Shown one piece after another: positions 58,824 through 64,000 of a stretch of DNA of 64,000 nt. The DNA is from Octopus vulgaris (lineage: Eukaryota), in contig OX597837.1 in NCBI GenBank assembly GCA_951406725.2, positions 39,742,001-39,806,000 on the forward strand, in the 5' to 3' direction. The notes below the pieces were generated by a model. That model was given only the letters and a program-made list of their open reading frames with translations. It did no database searches and was not told where the DNA came from. The position numbers and the translations under genes are program-made. Within the stretch, counting starts at the first letter, position 1; each line of letters opens with the position of its first letter.

Positions 58824-59759
58824 TTTTTTTTACCTGCGCCTCCTTCTTACCACACCACAACGCCCGCGCCCCTTCTCACCACACAGCCCTTTATAGAACA
58901 AACTGTCGAAAGAATTCCTTTTGTATCAAAGCGAAACTTAGCCATTCGATGAATAGTGTTTCATAAAGCACGTAGCAGAATGGAGAAAAAGAAAAAATAA
59001 CGAATATTAAGAGAATCAACTAAAAATCCTAGAAACCGGAGCTGCAGCATGGCCACACTCCAACGACAGAGAAATGATATTGAAAAGAAAAACGTATTAA
59101 TTCGTATTGATTCCATATCGATTTTCTATTGATGAGTAAATTCTAATATTAAGCAGTAAATACTTGTTTACAAATTTTTTAAACGGAATATTTCTCAGAA
59201 CGCGTATTTTATTCAAGCATTTTATGAATTTTCCTTTGTATATCTGCCTTAATACACGGCTTCAAGATACTGGAATATATTTAAATATATTCAAATATTC
59301 ATTTGGATTTATTTAAATATATATTTAAATATTCTCATACGTGGTTGAGAAATGTGAAAGAAGGGAAAACAAACTGATAGAAATTGGAAGATTTCGTAAC
59401 CAGAATAAACCGCAAAAGAAAAAGGAATGTAAGAAATGGCAAAGAAAAGATGCTCAAAGATGTTAAAAGCTAATGAAACAGGTAGGCATAGCCATAGGTA
59501 TGCATTTACATGTTTTATAGATATAAGTGTAATAGTGTGTGTGTGTGAGTGTGTGTGTGTAGATATATATATATATATATATACTTACTTAAGTACATAT
59601 AAACATACATACATTCATATATACTTAGATATATGTTTTATATTCAGGTATGTATGTATGTATGTATACTTATACATTATATGCACACATGTATACGCAC
59701 ACATAGGTACATGTATATGCACAATCATTTATATTTATAGTCGCGCATATACACACATT

Positions 59760-59790
<31 letters not shown>

Positions 59791-60266
59791 GTAGACAGAC
59801 AAATAGATAGATAGATAGATAGATACATAGAGAGACAGATTAATAGATAGATAGTTAGATAGTTAGATAGATAGATAGATACATAGAGAGACAGATTAAT
59901 AGATAGATAGTTAGATAGATAGATAGATAGATAGATATAGAGAGAGAGATAGAGAGATAGATAGATAGATACATAGAGAGACAAATTAATAGATAGATAG
60001 ATAGTTAGATAGATAGATACATAGAGAGACAGATTAATAGATAGATAGATAGATAGATACATAGAGAGACAGATTAATAGATAGATAGTTAGATAGTTAG
60101 ATAGATAGATAGATACATAGAGAGACAGATTAATAGATAGATAGTTAGATAGATAGATAGATAGATATATAGAGAGAGATAGAGAGATAGATAGATAGAT
60201 ACATAGAGAGACAAATTAATAGATAGATAGATAGTTAGATAGATAGATACATAGAGAGACAGATTA

Positions 60267-60305
<39 letters not shown>

Positions 60306-60345
60306 CACATATTAATAGATAGATAGTTAAATAGATAGACAGTTA
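59760..60345. repeat. (GATA)n higher-order repeat
   Basis: Recurrent TACATAGAGAGACAGATTAA unit; ~240-bp internal duplication. Confidence 0.88.
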
Positions 60346-60631
60346 GGTGTGTGTGTGTGTAAAACATAAAACCAGGAAGGATGAAAGGTGGGATATATGT
60401 TTATTTAACTGCATGACATGCCTAGGCTTACTACCGTTTCACAACCTTCTTCATCTAGTATTAATTTCATTGTGGAAAAAATTATACTTATATGTTAACA
60501 TTGATATGTATGCTCAGCATTATAGAATACAATTTTATATTCATAAACTAATACAAATAAAGAAAGCTAGTTTATAAAATCACCAGAATATCACGATTTC
60601 ACCAACGATTCAACTCATTGCGTAACGCCGA

Positions 60632-60693
<62 letters not shown>

Positions 60694-60967
60694 CAACAAT
60701 TGAGGGTAAAATTAATTAATTATTAATCAATTTCACCAAGTTTTCAGTATGCATTTAAGGCGAATTCAAATTATTACATTATATAAAAGGGCTTAGTAAA
60801 ATAAATTACTTTGCCGCATACTGAACTCATTAGAAATAGCAGCTAAAAAACTTTTTTAAAGCTATTTCTAATACTTAAAGAAAATCTCTCTCATATATAG
60901 TGTTTGCTTAATTCAACTCACAAAAGTTTGGGGGTAAGGACATAAAAAATCAAATGCTAAGGTTATT

Positions 60968-61019
60968 TGAGAACGTACGTTTCAAGATTAGTCAAAACAA
61001 CACTTCTATCATCAGCTCA
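60968..61019 (-). ncRNA. Type-I hammerhead, array copy 1
   Basis: TGAG-CTGATGA-TAGAAGT..ACTAATCTT-GAAA-CGTACG-TT-CTCA. Confidence 0.8.
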
Positions 61020-61508
61020 GAAACTCCTTGGTTTGGATTTGGAAACACTGAAAGTAAGAACATACCCTTTCGAAGATCCGCTCGTAACTAACAGTGCCAA
61101 CAAACCCAAATAAGCAAGCGAAGAATTTCTGTCCTCCCCTTTCCACCAGCGTGGGTTAAAATCATCAAACACTATGCTTATTTCGGTAAAATCCGAAGCA
61201 TTAATTAGAGGAAGATTAATTATAATTTCAACAATTGAGGGTAAAATTAATTAATTATTAATCAATTTCACCAAGTGTTCAGTATGCAAAGGGACCATTT
61301 AAGGCGAATTCAAATTATTACATTATATAAAAGGGCTTAGTAAAATAACTTTGCCGCATACTGAACTCATAAGAAATAGCAGCTAAAAAACTTTTTTAAA
61401 GCTATTTCTAATACTTAAAGAAAATCTCTCTCATATATAGTGTTTGCTTAATTCAACTCACAAAAGTTTGGGGGTAAGGACATAAAAAAATCAAATGCTA
61501 AGGTTATT

Positions 61509-61560
61509 TGAGAACGTACGTTTCAAGATTAGTCAAAACAACACTTCTATCATCAGCTCA
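61509..61560 (-). ncRNA. Type-I hammerhead, array copy 2
   Basis: Identical to copy 1. Confidence 0.8.
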
Positions 61561-62291
61561 GAAACTCCTTGTTTTGGATTTGGAAACACTGAAAGTAAGA
61601 ACATACCCTTTCGAAGATCCGCTCGTAACTAACAGTGCCAACAAACCCAAATAAGCAAGCGAAGAATTTCTGTCCTCCCCTTTCCACCAGCGTGGGTTAA
61701 AATCATCAAACACTATGCTTATTTCGGTAAAATCCGAAGCATTAATTAGAGGAAGATTAATTATAATTTCAACAATTGAGGGTAAAATTAATTAATTATT
61801 AATCAATTTCACCAAGTGTTCAGTATGCAAAGGGACCATTTAAGGCGAATTCAAATTATTACATTATATAAAAGGGCTTAGTAAAATAAATTACTTTGCC
61901 GCATACTGAACTCATTAGAAATAGCAGCTAAAAAACTTTTTTAAAGCTATTTCTAATACTTAAAGAAAATCTCTCTCATATATAGTGTTTGCTTAATTCA
62001 ACTCACAAAAGTTTGGGGGTAAGGACATAAAAAAATCAAATGCTAAGGTTATTTGAGAACGTACGTTTCAAGATTAGTCAAAATCTTATTCGGATTTTAC
62101 CGAAAAATCTTATTTCGGATTTTACCGAAATAAGCATAGTGTTTGATGATTTTAACCCACGCTGGTGGAAAGGGGAGGACAGAAATTCTTCGCTTGCTTA
62201 TTTGGGTTTGTTGGCACTGTTAGTTACGAGCGGATCTTCGAAAGGGTATGTTCTTACTTTCAGTGTTTCCAAATCCAAACCAAGGAGTTTC

Positions 62292-62343
62292 TGAGCTGAT
62301 GATAGAAGTGTTGTTTTGACTAATCTTGAAACGTACGTTCTCA
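62292..62343 (+). ncRNA. Type-I hammerhead, inverted copy
   Basis: Same motif on the plus strand. Confidence 0.8.
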
Positions 62344-62527
62344 AATAACCTTAGCATTTGATTTTTTTATGTCCTTACCCCCAAACTTTTGTGAGTTGAA
62401 TTAAGCAAACACTATATATGAGAGGGATTTTCTTTAAGTATTAGAAATAGCTTTAAAAAGTTTTTTAGCTGCTATTTCTAATGAGTTCAGTATGCGGCAA
62501 AGTTATTTTACTAAGCCCTTTTATATA

Positions 62528-62647
<120 letters not shown>

Positions 62648-62659
62648 ATATATGTGTGT

Positions 62660-62957
62660 GGAGGCGCAATAGCCCAGTGGTTAGGGCAGCGGACTCGCGG
62701 TCGGAGGATCGCGGTTTCGATTCCCAGATCGGGCGTTGTGCGTGTTTTTTGAGCGAAAACACCTAAAAGGCTCCACGAGGCTCCGGCAGAGGGCGGTGAT
62801 CCCTGCTGTACTCTTTCACCACTCTTTCTCCCACTCTTTCTTCTGTTGGCCTGTTCGCTTAGCCAGCGGGGTGGCGTCGTTCGAAGGCTTAAACAATGCC
62901 AACGCATTGTGACCAGCGATGTGTAGCAACATCTGATGTTCTGGTCGGTCACGTGAT

Positions 62958-62965
<8 letters not shown>
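62660..62965 (+). mobile_element. SINE D variant with CACGTGAT-type tail
   Basis: tRNA head with TCG anticodon-like loop; tail differs from the 41075 copy. Confidence 0.85.
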
Positions 62966-63008
<43 letters not shown>

Positions 63009-63052
63009 CAAGCATGGGAGTTTAACTTCTTCCACATTATATGACGAAGATT

Positions 63053-63300
63053 AGGGAGCGAACTGGCAGAAACGTTAGCACGCCGGGCGAAATGCGTAGC
63101 CGTATTTCGTCTGCCGATATGTTCTGAGTTCAAATTCCGCTGAGGTCAACTTTGCCTTTCATCCTTTCGGGATCGATTAAATACGTATCGACCACAAGAG
63201 GACGAAAAGCAAAGTCATCTCCGGCTGCATTTGAACGTGAGAACGTGAAGACGGACGAAATGCTGCGAAACAATTTGTCCGGCGTGCTAACGATTCTGCC
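63053..63300. mobile_element. Tail-to-tail pair of truncated SINE A copies
   Basis: Plus copy 63053-63180, minus copy 63185-63300. Confidence 0.8.
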
Positions 63301-63447
63301 GGAAGTTAAGACTCTGTATAGTGTAGACATGTATTTATTATAATCTGTAATATTTCGTGTTCGAACTTGCTTGAATCTTTGAGCTTAAGATGACATTCCT
63401 TCAACAGACCAATTGAATATTGCTTCTGCCTCCACCCGTAAATCCCC

Positions 63448-63590
63448 TATTTTTTACCAGCAATTTACGGGTACTTCATTTATATTTAACGGACGTTCAC
63501 TCATTTCATTGTACTTTGAAATCACTTATTTTTTTACCAGCAATTTACGGGTACTTCATTTATTTTTGACTGAAGTTTACTCATTTCATT
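63448..63590. repeat. ~80-bp imperfect tandem duplication
   Basis: TTTTTTACCAGCAATTTACGGGTACTTCATTTAT occurs twice. Confidence 0.85.
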
Positions 63591-64000
63591 GAAATTTGTA
63601 GCATGTGGGTTACTTTTGGATTTCTTGTTTTTCCAAGATGTCTGTTTTCAGATTTTCATCTACTCTTTCTGCGTTTTAGTCTAGAGATTTTAATCTATTG
63701 TCTATATTACTTTAACCGATATTTATTCTTTCTTTGTGCTGTTGTCTGTAAACTGGTTTCATTATGCGTACTATTGACACTAAATGATTTGGTATGTTAA
63801 AAATAGCTCGGATGCTTTTCGCAATAACGAATCTTTCTGGTTTGGCGAGCAATTCTCTCCTCTACTTACAGAATGCAAACGATATTGCCTATATCATGGA
63901 AAAATATATTATGGTTGTGTGGTTAACGATCTCGCTTTGCAACCACATGCTTTCTGGTTCAGTTCTACTCCGTTGTGCGGCAGCACTTTGAGCAAATGTC

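Overview
AT-rich eukaryotic non-coding DNA saturated with microsatellites. The SINE and microsatellite content resembles an octopus/coleoid cephalopod genome; this is an inference from pattern recognition, not a database result. I recognise no intact host gene, and nearly all long ORFs in the track are microsatellite translations. The real content is mobile DNA: at least four tRNA-derived SINE families, five 5'-truncated copies of an L1/Tx1-type LINE next to (TATC)n, two decayed Penelope-like (GIY-YIG) elements, a Tc1/mariner relic, Helitron/HINE elements, and Merlin-like and pogo/Tc2-like MITEs. Three signals stand out. (1) About 12 minimal type-I hammerhead ribozyme motifs from several unrelated sequence families, many in (TA)n. 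These include a ~540-bp tandem-plus-inverted retrozyme-like array (60691-62529) and a back-to-back double-hammerhead palindrome (22118-22327). (2) A (TATC)n-associated Tx1-like LINE whose 3' end is shared by a SINE. (3) That SINE appears to insert repeatedly at one fixed site in its own relatives, building a diverged 184-bp array. All alignments and folds were done by eye, and the boundaries of decayed repeats are approximate.
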